A DNA stretch of 64,000 bases from Octopus sinensis (taxonomy: Eukaryota). Shown here one piece after another: positions 1 through 14,504 of this stretch (position 1 is the stretch's first letter; every line of letters begins with the position of its first letter). The position numbers and the translations under genes are program-made. The stretch spans positions 73,470,001 to 73,534,000 of the forward strand of contig NC_043001.1 of assembly GCF_006345805.1 (NCBI RefSeq), written 5' to 3'. Below the pieces are notes generated by a model, which was not told where the DNA came from, did no database searches, and worked only from the letters and a program-made list of their open reading frames with translations.

Positions 1-1493
1 AAAAACAAAATAGGAAAAACACATCAAATAAATTTTTAAAATATTAACAAGGTGACAATGATTTGTTATTGATAATAAGGAGCAAAAAATACTTGGTTCT
101 CACCTTCAGTGATTATCTGTGAACCGATAGTGATAATAAAAGACAATACTAAAATTGTAGTGCATATAATATGGCTGAATTGGTATTTATATGCAGAAAT
201 GATAAAATCACTTCAGTTTTGTATTTTATGACTTTGGAAATTTTTTTGACTGTTCAAAGTTTTATTTCACACAAAAAAAAAGAAAAAAAAAAGAAAGAAA
301 TCCAAGGATGAATGTTGTGGAAATTGATTGGTCTAGGAGAATGGTCTTTCTTCTTTTCTCCTGTTTTGCATGTATATCAAAGAATTTTGGAAGAAAAACA
401 GAATTCATCAAGAGGGAACAAAAAGTAGACAATAACACCAAGTACACAGATACAAAAATTTATGCAACAAATACAAATGTCAAGGTGTTAATTGAAGCAA
501 GATATGGTTTGGAAGCATAAAATATATATATACATACATGCATACAAACACACACACACACACACATGTGAATGTATACACACATAGTTACATTAAATGG
601 AGAGTGAGAGAGCGAGAACCATTTTTCTAAATTTCTTATTTTATGACAAGATTTATGGATACATGTAAAAACAAAAACAAAAAAAAAACAATATAATAAA
701 CAAAAGTATACATTTTAATAAATTAAATAACTCTGTTTAAATTTTTTTTAATATTTAATAATAAAATTTGATATTTTATGGTGACTGATATTTAAACCTT
801 AATGCTACAAAGAAAACTGCAATTCTCTCTATATTTCATACAAATGTTCAACCAAATGTGACTGTATTTTTGTGTGGTTCAATGTGGTAAAAGCATTTTT
901 TTTTTCTAACAAATTTTCAGATATTAATATTTTACAAGAGAAAATTCATACTCACTGAATTGTTCCACTCCTGTATTAATAACTGATGTAACAAAAGTGT
1001 AATACATATAAAAAAACATTAGCTTACACTTCTGTATTCCTAGCTGTTTCATTTTGAAACTTATCAGTTTTATTATTCCTGTATATTTCATAAATATCTC
1101 TCCATCTGCCCCATGCCATCATGGAAAAACATGTTAAAATGAACAATCTCACACTTCTAGTATTATTTATTAACATCATATAATGTCACTTAAAGCAATA
1201 TTCATTATCATTGCATTTTAATGCTTATCATGGTACAATATTGTGCCAATATTAACTGTATACCACATGCAACTGGTCTTTTGCCAGTATAGATTAATCT
1301 GGGTTAAATATCATTTTAAGGTTGTTCATAAACTAGAGACATCTAGAAATCTTATTTTAAATGCTTGTTTTTTTATAGATATCAAACATTTTATATTCAA
1401 AATTAAATTTAAAAAGTGTTCTGAAATTTATATTTTAAAAAAGTTTTTTAACAAAATAAAGAAAATTGTAAAACTAAAACTCCCTTTTTCAAA

Positions 1494-1614
1494 AAGTAGT
1501 AGTATTATTAAAGCAGTGGCAAGTAGTAGTATTATTCAAACAAGTAGTAGTATTATTAAAGCAGTGGCAAGTAGTAGTATTATTCAAACAAGTAGTAGTA
1601 TTATTAAAGCAGTG
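1494..1614 (+). repeat. 48-bp tandem repeat (27+21-nt subunits, about 2.5 copies) abutting a SINE head
   Basis: aagtagtagtattattaaagcagtggc alternates with aagtagtagtattattcaaac; the last unit runs into the SINE start. Confidence 0.85.
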
Positions 1615-1820
1615 ACAAACTGGCAGAACTGTTAGCATGCTGGGCACAAAATGCTTTACAACATTTTGTCCATCTTCACATTTCGAGTTCAAATTCCACT
1701 GAGATCGACTTTGCAGTTCATCCTTTCAGGGTCAATAAAATAAGTATCAGTTAAGTACTAGGGTCAATGTAATCGACTTACTCCCTCCTCTGAAATTGAT
1801 GACCTTGTGCCAAAATTTGA
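1608..1820 (+). mobile_element. SINE family B copy (gctggcagaa head, (ATT)n tail)
   Basis: Matches the many copies of ggcaagctggcagaa..aaatgcttag..gagttcaaat..gtcgactttgcctttcatcctttc..ttgtgccaaaatttgaaa followed by (att)n. Confidence 0.8.
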
Positions 1821-2717
1821 AATTATTATTATTATTATTTGTAGTAGTAGTAGTAGTATTGTCATTATTATGGAGAATATAATTGGATCCTAAGATATCT
1901 TTAAACTTATTGAATTAAAAAATCATTTGTAATATTACTGTTGCAATTGTTTAAGTGTTATGCTTCCAACACCATCAGCTATGGAAAGAAATCAAATATA
2001 TCTACATCTATAATATAACAAAGTAAACTCATGGTACTACAACAAAAATATAATCAAAATTTTTAATAGAATAAAACAAGTTTAAATTTTATGCTTTAAA
2101 ACATCCTTAACTATAGAATGAACATGAGGACTAATTGAAATTTTTAACATAATGAAATAGTTGAAAAAAATCTATAAATTTATGCATCAAAATGGAAATA
2201 AGAAAATTTATAACACAGGTAATTTCCACAAGTCCCACTAGTTGTTATTATTATTATTTGTCAAGGCTTATGAAAAATTGCTCTAACGATATATATATAT
2301 ATATATATATTGCTGTTTCCTCATACATACTCATATCCATCTTTTGAGGCAATTTGTGAGTCTTTTACAGAAGCGGTTGTATACTATTCAAATTGTATCA
2401 ATTACATCATTATATCTTCAATTCATTAGCTCACTCATTTTTCTATTAAATAACTTTTGATTTATTTGTTTGGTTCTCTTTTGCAGCTAAATTTATTATT
2501 TCTAATTAAACAATACCAAACTGTGGAATAAAACGTTGGTGTCACTTAGAGATTTGTTTTCTTAAATCCTTCTATGTCATCATCATCATCATCATCCTCA
2601 TCAGTTAAAGTACCATTTAATTTTTTTCCAACCCTATACCATAAAGATTTCTAGCAAACAATGATTCTATTGCTAGCTATTATCTTCACAAGTATGACCT
2701 GAAATGTGTGTGTGTGA

Positions 2718-2750
<33 letters not shown>

Positions 2751-4763
2751 CGGATGTGTGGGTGTGTGTCTGTGTATGAAATAGTGCACATGTGTGTGTT
2801 ATAAGCATGTGTGTATGCATGTATGAGTGTGTGAGTACACATGAACATGTGGGTGAATGTATGAATGTGTGTATGTATGGGTGAATGTGTATGTACGTTT
2901 ATAAGACTATTACGTGTGTGTGTGTGTGTGTGTTTGCATGCATGCGAGTGCATATGAACATGTGTCTCTGAGTGTGTAAATGAACATATGTGTGTGTGAA
3001 ACCAGCAGTGGCAGTAAGACAATTAAAAGACTTGATTAAACAGAAATATAATATTCTCATTGCCTGTTCTTTCAAAGAGGATTAACATACACACATATAT
3101 ACCACTACTTTTATATATAAGCTCTAACACTACACTTTGAACTGGTAACATACACACAAACATATACTGCTATATTCATATATTATGACTACTGCTTTAA
3201 CTTAAACTAGCAACAAACACACATACATATACACATGCACACACATACTACTACATTCATAAAGCTTCAATAATCAACACACATAGACACAGACACACAT
3301 ACATGCATGCCCTCTACTACATGTATATAACCACCAGCACTACTGCTTAAAGTAGCACACACACACCAGCAGCAGCAGCACCACCACAACAATTTTAACT
3401 AGCAACACACATGCAAAGACACAAATACACACACGTGTATACATTTCAACTTTAACGATCATGCTGAAATCTAGCCCCTGACATTAGTTATCCTTAGAAC
3501 TCCTAAGAAGATAATAATTCTCTCAGAATCACTTCATCTCTACATTTTTTCTTTGGAGAAGAATTGTTAGCATCAACAACCTCAAAAAAACTCTATTCTG
3601 TTGTTTGGTCAGCTTTCTGCTGTATGACCCTAAAAAAACAGATTTTAAACAGTCCCTTTGTAACATAACTACATAAGAATATGGCAGTGAGAACAACATG
3701 GAGCAAAAAGCATGATGAAAGAATGTGTGTCAGAGCCATGTGAGTAGAATAAATAAATGATGATGATCAAGAGTTAGGAGTAATACCAACATTATTATTA
3801 TTGTTTCAATTAACAACACTGATTAATTTGATATAGAGAGAATGTGAGGAACAGTAAGACATTTTTGTTTGTTTCCACATCCTATCTCAATATTTAAGTG
3901 TTTACTGTATGAATATAGTATGAATATAGTTACCCTTGCCCCAGCATTTCTAGTTCCTTCTCTCTCCAATATGAGATATTTAAAAAAAGTTTTAAGTGTA
4001 TTTTGATGGACTAGCTTTGTATGAATTATATAGTGTATTGTTAGCTTATTGATAGGATCAGCAAAAACAGCACTCAATTCAGCAAGAGATAAATATCACT
4101 TAATGAATACAGGAGTTATACATGAGCTACTTTAAGTTTCATGCTTGAATTGTGCACTAATTGGACAGGCTTAAGAAGTATGCATCACCACCATGAGGTA
4201 CCAGGTTCAATTTCTCCGCATGCACCATGGTCAATTTCATTTTCTATAACCTCAAGTCAACCCATATCTTGTGAGTGAAACTGGCCAGATAGAGACTGTA
4301 CTGAAGCCTGCTAGGTAGATTGTAACTGTAATTCAAAAAGTATAAAACTGTCATACACTGTATCATCAGAGTTTCTATAACAATGTCACTAGAACTCTTG
4401 AACTGAAGTTATCAACCCATGGCTTTCAAGTGTCATCCTGTATATAGAGATCCTTGAAGTTATAAATGCTTGGATTATAATAATTATTAATTACATTTGC
4501 TGTTGTTATTGGTTTCATTCCTCTTACCTACCTCATCATATTCCCCTCACTTCATCTCTTTCTATATCACCTTCATAGATCTAGAAAGAAAATCTTCAAT
4601 TACGTATCTTCCTATCTTTATTCAAATACCTAAATATTGATTTTTAACCTAATTTAATATCCACAGAAGGATTAAAAGCAATGTTAGCCTTTGAAACCAG
4701 AATTTTACAAAGAATTAAATCTGCTACATGTAAGATGAAATGTTATTATAACATTTAAGATGG

Positions 4764-5085
4764 TCAGCTGGCAGAATTGTTAACACATTGGACAAAAATG
4801 CTTAGTGGCATTTCTCTTTATGTTCTGAGTTCAAATCATGCTGAGGTCAACTTCATCTTTTATTCTTCTGGAACTGATGAAATAAAATACCAGTCAAGTA
4901 CTGGGATCAATGATATCTAATTCATTTCCACAAAATTATTGCTTGTGCCTCTAAATCAGAAACATTATTATAGTTCCAAATTTTGGCACAAGGCCAGCAA
5001 TTTTAGAGAGAAGAATTAATTGACTACAATTCCAGCACTCAACTGGTACATATTTTGTTGACCTGAAAAGGTTGAAAGACAAATT
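4764..5085. mobile_element. Tail-to-tail inverted pair of family-B SINEs
   Basis: Plus copy about 4764-4965, followed by a reverse-complement partial copy starting aaattttggcacaaggccagcaatt at about 4978. Confidence 0.7.
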
Positions 5086-5686
5086 ACCAATCAAATACTA
5101 GGGTCTGTGTAACCAAAATAACAGATCTTGTAGCAAAAATTATAATTATAATTATTATCATTATCATTATTTGTTAAAGCCAGCTTAAATACCAGTTTGA
5201 TAATGATAAAGCTATTTCACTAAATTCTTCATTATTTTCAAAATCAATTGGCAATGTGTTCCAACTGTAATACTGTAACAAAAGGGTTTGTGGAATCAGT
5301 GTCTGTGGAATACCTAGTCACTTACAATATATAAATACAATAAGTCAGTAGCTCTCCAATCATACAGCTGGAATGCTTAACTGTTTATAAGGAGTAGCTA
5401 GTTGTGTAGATTAGACAACACTAGAAAACTTCTCAAAGAACCCAGTAAATAATCCATTTAGTTTCCTTTCAAATCCCTAGATAAAATCCAGTTAAGATCA
5501 ATTTTATATTGGATCCTTTCACATGGGAGATTCATAAAATAAGTACCACTCATCTTCTGGGATCCTTGAATCAATTTAAATTGACTGTATTCTTCCCTGA
5601 AATTTCTGACAGTTAGAAGTCTTAAGCCAGAGTACATTTTCTGTGATTCTGATTTTTAAAAAGTTTTTGGCTATAAAATGTTGAAA

Positions 5687-5732
<46 letters not shown>

Positions 5733-5734
5733 TA

Positions 5735-5945
5735 AGGTGGCAAGCTGGCAGAAACATTAACACGTCGAACAAAATGCTAAGTGACATTTCATCTATCTTT
5801 ACATTCTGAGCTGAAATTCAACCAAGGTCGACTTTGCCTTTCATCCTTTCATGGTTGATAAAATGAGTACCAGTTAAGTACTGGGGGTCATGTAATTGAT
5901 TTCCTCCACCTCAAAAAACTGCTGACCCTGTGCCAAAATTTGAAA
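5735..5945 (+). mobile_element. SINE family B copy between (ATT)n runs
   Basis: Same head, body and tail motifs as the copy at 18826-19057. Confidence 0.8.
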
Positions 5946-6208
5946 CAATTATTATTATTATTATTATAGACGTCACACAGTATACAATATCGTGAGGTAG
6001 TTGATTGAAGATATTGTGTCTACCGGGGGAGGGGTGGTATTGTTTGTCAAGTCACAACAAGGACCTCAGACAGACAGTAGTTTATGCAATATACATGCAG
6101 TTTCAAGTAATGCCGACTTTTGCAATACATCTAGATTGTATGATATCTCTAAGGCTTTCAGATGTTTTTTTCAGTTTGGATGGTATTATTATTATTATTA
6201 TTATTATT

Positions 6209-6375
6209 AAAGCAGCAAGCTGCCAGAATCATTAGCATTTGGGCCTACTGCTTAGCAGCATTTCATCTTGTCTTTATGTCCTGCGAATAAAATAAGTACT
6301 AGTAGAGCACTGGTGTTGATATTATCAACTTACCCCTTCCTCTAAAGGTTGTTGGCCTTCTGCTAGAATAAGAAA
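6209..6375 (+). mobile_element. SINE family B copy (internally deleted)
   Basis: aaagcagcaagctgccagaatcattagc head and aaataagtac..ggccttctgc tail after (att)n. Confidence 0.65.
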
Positions 6376-6996
6376 GAATTATTATTAAAATTAAAGAAAT
6401 CATTATCAGTCAGAATCTGCCAATAATTTAGTTGCACAAATCATTTTGAGAGATTATTTAAATCAATAAAAATTTTACAAATTATTTATGAATAAAGTAA
6501 AAAAAAGTAACAATGATAAATTGTTTTTATAAAATGATAATTTTTCACCCAAAATAAACAGAATAGGAATGGAAGAAATAAAATAAAAACTAATTAATAA
6601 TTTCATAATATATTTAAAGTAATTAAGCAAAATTATGAAAAATATTTTGACTCATGTTTTACATTTTAAATAATCAATGAAACGTAATGAACAAAAAAAG
6701 AATAAGTCCAAGAATGAAAATTACTGAAAATATTTATTAGTGAGAAAACTGAAGTAATATCATTAGGATTGATTAAGTCTTTATATTGATTTATTTTTAA
6801 TTAGTGATGAGGGTAAATTGTCTAGGGTAGAGTAGAGGTACAGTACACTGAATTAACACTTAGATATTACTGGTATTATTTTAATGACACAAAAATAAAG
6901 GCAAATCTGTCACCTAGTTTATAGTAATAACTAATTCTGAATAATAATGATTTAATAATAATAACAATAATAGTAATAATAGTAGTAGTAGTAGTA

Positions 6997-7030
<34 letters not shown>

Positions 7031-7307
7031 TAATAATAATAATTTTGAGTGGGATGGGCTACTCAACCTGAAAAAAATTCTAATTAGGCCCCACCTGTAA
7101 GGTCATGTCCTGTTTATCTTGATATAAGATCAACATGTAGCACACATATGGTTGTGATTCATATGTCTGGTGTACCCTTATCAGACGGGTAGTCATGATG
7201 GGTATATTGGGCTTCGTATATTTGTATCCCAGTGTTACTTTGATGGCAAATGCAGCTCTCTCACTCAATGATAATAATAATAATAATTACTATTATTGGC
7301 ACATGGC

Positions 7308-7985
7308 CATCAATTTTAGGGGAGGATGCTAGTTGATTACATCAGCAACAATGCTTCAGGGTGCTTATTTTATCAACCTTGAAAGTATGAAAGACAAAGT
7401 TGACTTTGGCAGAATTCTAATTCAGAGTGTAAAGACAGAAAAAATGCCACTAAGCATTTAGTCTACTATAGGCACAAAGCCATAATTTATTTTTCTTGAG
7501 GATGGGGGGGGGGGAGCTGACTAAATTGATAAAAATAATAATGATTTCAAATTTTTGTACAAGGTCAGAAATTTTGGGGGAGGGTATAAGTTGATTATAT
7601 CAACCCCACCCCCATTGTTTCACCACTACGTAATTTATCAACCCTGAAGGGAACCTCAGTGGAATTTGAACTCAGAATGTAAAGATGAATGAAATGCTAC
7701 TAAGCATTTTTCCCAACATGCTAATGATTCTGCCTTAATAATGATAAGAATAATAATGATGATGATGATGATAATGTTTTCAAATTCTGATAGAAAGCCA
7801 GCAAGTTCAGGGAGGGGATAAGTTGATTACATCAACTCCAGTGTTCAACTGGTACTTATTTTATCGACTCCAAAAGGACGAAAGTCAAAACTGATCTCAG
7901 TGAGATTTGAATTCAGAATGTGAAGAAGGATGAAGAGCCACTAAAGCATTTTAGCTGGTATGCTAATGATTCTGCCAGCTCACCA
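7308..7985 (-). mobile_element. Cluster of three family-B SINE copies
   Basis: Reverse-complement copies at about 7308-7460, 7545-7735 and 7780-7985, separated by (aat)n/(gat)n runs. Confidence 0.75.
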
Positions 7986-8117
7986 ATAACAACAATGCTG
8001 TTGCATGCACATTTGACTCATGAATATAGTGTTGCATGCCATTTGAGTCACAAATATGACATTGCATGCCTATGAATAGTTAAGAAGGAAGGCCGGGAAG
8101 TTGACCTATACAATCCT

Positions 8118-8231
8118 CTTAAATACAAGGCAACCTGACTGTGGAAGATGAAAAAGGTGAAGACAGTGCCAATTATTGTTGGGGTCTTGGGGACAGTACC
8201 AAAAGGTATTAAGAGGAACATAAGAGGCTTT
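8118..8231 (+). mobile_element. Remnant of an RLE-type (R2/R4/NeSL/CRE-like) non-LTR retrotransposon endonuclease C-terminus
   Basis: Reads LKYK..LWKMKKVKTVPIIVGVLGTVPKGIKRNIRG, matching the KY..L..LW....VP++vGaLG.+PK motif of restriction-like endonuclease domains. Interrupted; no RT nearby. Confidence 0.6.
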
Positions 8232-9161
8232 ATGCACAACTTCTTAAACCTTTATTCACTCCAACAACTCTGAAATTACGTTTGAATTATAAATTCTGTT
8301 CACTACAGTGATACATATTTTGCTTATTCATTTTTCCTTCCAAATATATATCTATCTACTCAATGATGAACCACTTATAGCCATTCTTTGCTATGCAGCT
8401 ACAACACCACTTTTGTTATAGTCACAGTTCAAGTCAGTTTTAGTGAGCATTTATTGCATATAGCCATTACATTGTCATTAGATACAATTTTATCTGTACT
8501 CTCAGCTTTGACATTATATAATAGTTGTAAGCAAGAATTGTTCTTTCTTTCAAATCTATCATAAAAACATAGCTGGCCATAAGAAAATAATATCTTGCTT
8601 GAAAACAGGTAAGAGTTCATGACAGGAAAGGCATCAGGTTGTAGAAAATCTACCTCAGTGAATTCCAACTGACCATGCAAACATGGAAAAGCAGACATCA
8701 CAATGATGATGATGATGATGATAATAAAGGGTGGGGGTGATGATAATGATGATGATGATGATGAATGTTAATTTGTTGACAGTTTGACTTTTCTAAAAGC
8801 AAGTTAAGCATTTATTTGTTAGAAATAGATACACCATTGAATTAGTCTCATTTTAAAGTATACGGTTTGGTAAAGTATTTTTTATTTAAATTTTGGATTT
8901 CATGAACATTCTAGAGAAGTAGAAATTTATATTTTGGAATGGAATAAAGAAGAAACAGAATAATAAAAATTGGTTGAAAAAAACAACAAAAAACAAAACA
9001 GTGTCTGTCCACAAGTACAAAATAGTAAAGATAATAATAATAATAATAATAATAATAAATGCTTTAAATTTTGGCACAAGTCCAGCAATTTTAATCCAGT
9101 AGAAAGTATTATTACTATTATTACTATTATTACAATTATTATTATTATTATTATTATAATG

Positions 9162-9192
<31 letters not shown>

Positions 9193-9922
9193 TATTATTA
9201 TTATATTTTCAACAGCTTTTTGCACATTCATACACTTTTGTGTAGCATTGTCTTCTGGAAATGTAGAATTATGTCTGCATACTGTATTTGTTGTTTCTGA
9301 TGTTATTTTAGTATTTCATCTGTTGCATGGAGTATAATGATAATGATAAAAATAATGATGATGATGATGATGATGATGACAATAATAATAGTAAATAAAT
9401 GAATCAATAAATAAAAAATTAGATTGTTTGGATGTATATTACTTGAGAATCATTAAACTAACCAGCTGATAAAATGTCAACATTACCATTGATGCTTTGT
9501 TATTATCAACAATTATAGAAGAATATAATTATAATAATTAAATTTATATCAGCTTGAATATTATACAATTAATTATAAATATAACATGCTCATGTACGCA
9601 CACACACACACACACAAGTTCTATGAAGAAGTGTCAACCTTAAGGCTGTCTTCCTTTGAGTGACAATGTTCATTTTGTCAAGAGAAAATCAAATGCACCA
9701 AGTGAGAAACTCTGAGTATCTCTGGAGTGTATTGCCAGCTTCATAGAAATAAATATTTACTTTGTAATGTGTATTGAATACTCCTTCACTCAATTTTGAA
9801 CAAAATAACCTAAAAGCAAAACCAAATATGGGTTATGGGTGTATGTAAACATAGTATAAATATGCATGTGTAAACACACACACAGAGATTATATGTCTAT
9901 AAATATATGTGTATATATGTAA

Positions 9923-9970
<48 letters not shown>

Positions 9971-10077
9971 TATACACCCACACCCCTACCCCACCTCACA
10001 CATGAAAATCTATATATAAACATATTTCTCTTTCTCTCTCCATTTGTGTGTAGGTGTGTATATATATATATATATAG

Positions 10078-10400
10078 TGAGGGCGCGTGGCTTAGTGGTT
10101 AGGGCATTCGGCTCATGATCGTAAGGTTGTGAGTTCGATTCCCGGCGACGCGTTGTGTCCTTGAGCAAGACACTTTATTTCATGTTGCTCCAGTCCACTC
10201 AGCTGGCAAAAATGAGTTGTACTTGTATTTCAAAGGGTCAGCCTTGTCACTCTCTGTGTCACGCTGATTATCCCCGAGAACTACGTTAAGGGTACACGTG
10301 TCTGTGGAATGCTCAGCCATTTGCACGTTAATTTCACGAGCAAGCTGTTCCGTTGATCGTATCAGCTGGGACCCTCGTCGTCGTAACCGGCGGAGTCTTT
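10078..10400 (+). mobile_element. tRNA-derived SINE family C (central ttgtgtccttgagcaagacactt..tgctccagtccactcagctg domain)
   Basis: A box tggcttagtgg, B box gagttcgattccc, conserved central domain; a reverse copy lies at 59717-60036. Flanked by (TA)n. Confidence 0.85.
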
Positions 10401-10521
10401 TAGTCTTTAGAATATATATATATATATATATATACATGGAAGTATATATGTATGTATATATGTTTCTGTATGTATGGAGTTTGTTGGATTGTATATACAT
10501 ATATAGATATACACTTATATA

Positions 10522-10566
<45 letters not shown>

Positions 10567-11100
10567 AAACACATGTATGTATGCGTATATATAATTTATG
10601 TATTCATACATACACATGGATTCAGGCAAAAGACTTGAAAACAAGAAGATTACATTTTTGGTACACTAGCATAAATCATAAAGCAGATTCTTCAAACAGA
10701 CAGAAATAGTTCAATTTTGACTTCCTTGTCTACTTTCCTTTGTCCATATCATTCAAACAAAAGAAATTGAGAGAGATACATAGACAGATGTTTGATAAAA
10801 GTTACAGATTAAATCTACACATATAATTAAAAGTATTTCATTGGTCAAGAAACCTTGGCAATTCTTAAAAGCCAGAAACATTTAAAATTGATACAGGGTA
10901 TGTTGTAATGATAAAGCTGATGATTATGATGATGATGATGATGATGCCAATGACGGTGATGAGTGTGGATAATAGTAATAGTAATATTAATAATAATAAT
11001 AATAATAATAATAACAACAACAACAATATTGATAAAGAAAAATATTGTTATCTTGTGAAACACATGTATATATGGAGTAAAGATTTTTGCCAACATAACA

Positions 11101-11442
11101 TGGCAGTCATGGTTTAGGGCGAATGTTGCTGTAATTTAGCCCCAGGAGACATCGTCTCCAGCTGGCTATACGACACAATCCGTGTCCTTATATTTTCAAA
11201 CAAGGGAATCTAGAACCCCACTCAGCTCAAAACAATATCTGTGTATCGTGTATCACGATTTCCGAGTTATTTCCCTTCATCACCCAGAAATTGCGATACA
11301 CAGATTTTGTTTTGAGCTGAGTGGGGGTTCTAGATTCCCTTGTTTGAAAGTATAAGGACACAGATTGTGTCGTATAGCCAGCTGGAGACGATGTCTCCTG
11401 GGGCTAAATTACATCAACATTTGTCCTAAACCAGGACTGCCA
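11101..11442. mobile_element. 342-bp inverted-repeat element (arms about 145 bp) with a degenerate hammerhead in the spacer
   Basis: Left tggcagtcatggtttagggcgaatgttg.. mirrors right ..caacatttgtcctaaaccaggactgcca, with pairing continuing through the arms. Spacer about 11248-11294. Confidence 0.85.
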
Positions 11443-11742
11443 TATATGTATGTATATATGTATGCATGTTTGTACATATATGTGTGTGTGTGTGTATATG
11501 TATGCATCTATGTACACACACACATATATATATATGTATAATATTGCAGGAAAAGAATATCTCAGTTTATAAATCACCTAAAATAGCAAATATACACACA
11601 CTGAAATACAAAATATAAATCATGGAAAATATGGACATTTGATTAACAAAGGTGTAGGTTTCTTTTTCTTTGCACTGTTTTGGAACATTTCTGACAAAAT
11701 GTGCACAGACATGTACAGTATATATAGATATACACACACTAG

Positions 11743-11775
<33 letters not shown>

Positions 11776-11791
11776 GTATGTATATATATAT

Positions 11792-11834
<43 letters not shown>

Positions 11835-12239
11835 CACACACATGCGCACACAGATATACATTATATATATATATATTATATATATATATATATATGTATG
11901 TATATGCATATATACACATATAATTGATATCCATATATACTTTGTGTGGGTGGGTGTTTGTGTGTGTAATATAAAGAAATGAATTTGAACTGTTGAGACA
12001 GTTATAATAAACTTCTATGTCCCTCATCTGACACTGACTTTTTTGAAATCATAACATTACAAAACTAGTTGTTGCAAATAAAATTTATAAAGACTCCTAA
12101 AGTAATTTCAGTTTCATTTCTTTATACTTCTACTTACATCAAAAAGAAATTTATTTTACTATTCACACACTCACCCCCCACACAGATTTATATGTGCGTG
12201 GGTGTATATTTGTGTGTGTGTGTGTGTGTAAATATATAC

Positions 12240-12290
<51 letters not shown>

Positions 12291-14030
12291 TGTGTATGCA
12301 TCCATGTGAATACATGTATGTAAATATGTATATATACAATATAATATGCATATATAAATCTATGAGAAAGAGATTGTCTTAAGTTGTCAAAATACATTTT
12401 TAGAAATTTTAAACATTTTAATGTTTTGTAACATGATTGAGCGTCATTTATGCATTAGTGGAGAAGATAATCTTATTTCATTCCTCAAAGACTACGGGAT
12501 GAAAAGAACAAAACAAAAGCCCTATTTGGTGAATTCATGAAAATGGGATGCAAGTGAAAGTTTTCACCAATATTTTAACCATATCAGAGTCATTCATAAA
12601 CCATCACACCTTATTACGTTTTTCTGACATCACACTGTGGTTCTTCAATTTCCAAGTCTTTGATGCTTCAGTGATTTTCGTCATTTCTTTTCCTAATCAT
12701 CAATAACATAGTTGAACATAATGAACATATTTTACATAGCAATACTTCTCACATACCTTGAGTTATAGTTCCTTTCTCTAACTGGTTTATTTTCTATTCT
12801 GTGTATGTTAACACCAATTAAAACCCACAGTATTATCCATTGGTCTTCTCCTGACTTTGGTTTGTTGGATAGATAATAATGCTGCTGCATTCAAGACATT
12901 GATGTAAAAAAATGTGTAAGAATGTATCTCTTACTGCAATAGGGCAAGATCTTTCGGAGTGGGAGGATTAATCGGTTAGGAAGCAAGTAGAAGGGTTATT
13001 TCAAGAATGAAATTAAAGAACTTCCATTTAATAAATATACAATCCATTTTGGAAAGCAAAAGTCATTGTGTAATACTTGAAAAATGACAAAATGTGCTGT
13101 GTATGCTCTCATTTTTATATACATAAATCACATTGGTAAAATGATACAGACAAAATTTTATATATATATATACGCACACACATATATATGCAAGCATATG
13201 TTCACCCTTTAAATAGAGTATATTTGGCCAACAAGTCTGGGGAAAACATTCCTTTTATCAAGAATGTATACAAAAAAAAATTTGCTTTCTTTCTCTTTTC
13301 TTTTCCTTTTTTTTTTCTGATATAGACCAGTATTCTGTTAAATTTTAACAGTTTTTAGAGTTGCAGAGAGTCAGGAATTATTGACAATTTCTCAGATTGC
13401 CACTGAATTGAATAATTATGGTTCCACATACTTCAATCAACTAGATTCAACTGCCATTTGCCAATTTTCTATCAAGACGCAGAAAGTCAGCCCAAAATAT
13501 CAGCTCACATGTTTAGCCAAAAGAAAGTGAATATATATTATATATATATATAGATATATATATATATTATATATATAGATATATATATATATCTATATAT
13601 ATATATGTTGGGAACAAAACCAAGCCAAATTCTCTGTAAACTTTGATAATAAACTCATTTCTCTCGCCTTGTTTTTACTTTTTTACTATGGAAAAATGTG
13701 TATAGAACATTAATATAAATAAAATATAACGTATGGGTGTGTGTATCTGATTTTACTCACAAGTGCAAGACTTGTGCATACGTACACACATACATATTAT
13801 ATATGTATATATGCTGTATGTATGTGTGTGTTGTTGATGTGTGAAGTAAATTTTGTTTGTATGTTACACCTTTCTTTTACTTTATATGTGTGTGTGTGTG
13901 TGAGTGTGCATCTAGACATACAAACAATTGTGTTTGGTCCAGGTGATGTGTATAAGTTTCATCAATCTTTCATATACACTTGATACAATGGAAATGTGGC
14001 ATATACACTTTCTGATATACATGAGAATGC

Positions 14031-14111
<81 letters not shown>

Positions 14112-14292
14112 TGTGGGTTGTGTATCTTACTATTTATTTGCACAAAGTAAATATAAATGGTTTTGAATGCTTATAAGCTATATATAAGCTATGCTGCTTA
14201 TATCAAATTAATATATTATGTCACAATTATGTTAATATAAAGGAATTGTGTGTTCAGTATGTGTGTGTGTGTGGACATTATGCTGATGAAGT

Positions 14293-14326
<34 letters not shown>

Positions 14327-14504
14327 TATATAAATCAGAAGGGATATCAAAATAATCCAATCAACCATCTTACTGAGAAATCTGCAGGAAGCACATTTGA
14401 TTAATTAATGCTGAGAAATATTAATAACTGAAAACACGGGGTTTTTTGAAAAATAATAACAATAATAATAATAATAATAATAATAATGATGATAATAATA
14501 ATAA

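Noticed and set aside
1494-1614. Repeat-spacer-like periodicity suggesting CRISPR
   Set aside because: The 'spacers' are identical and the context is eukaryotic with no cas genes.
7060-7290. Distinct GC-richer segment ending in (AAT)n, probably a retroelement 3' end
   Set aside because: Single copy in this window with no diagnostic motif, so it cannot be classified.
10078-10150. tRNA-like A and B boxes (also at 62030-62090)
   Set aside because: No complete cloverleaf or acceptor stem, and the sequence continues into a repeated SINE body, so it is a SINE head rather than a tRNA gene.
12600-12900. Minus-strand fragments faintly resembling zinc-finger linkers (SGED, PQCDV)
   Set aside because: No C2H2 spacing, stops in all frames, and no convincing splice sites.
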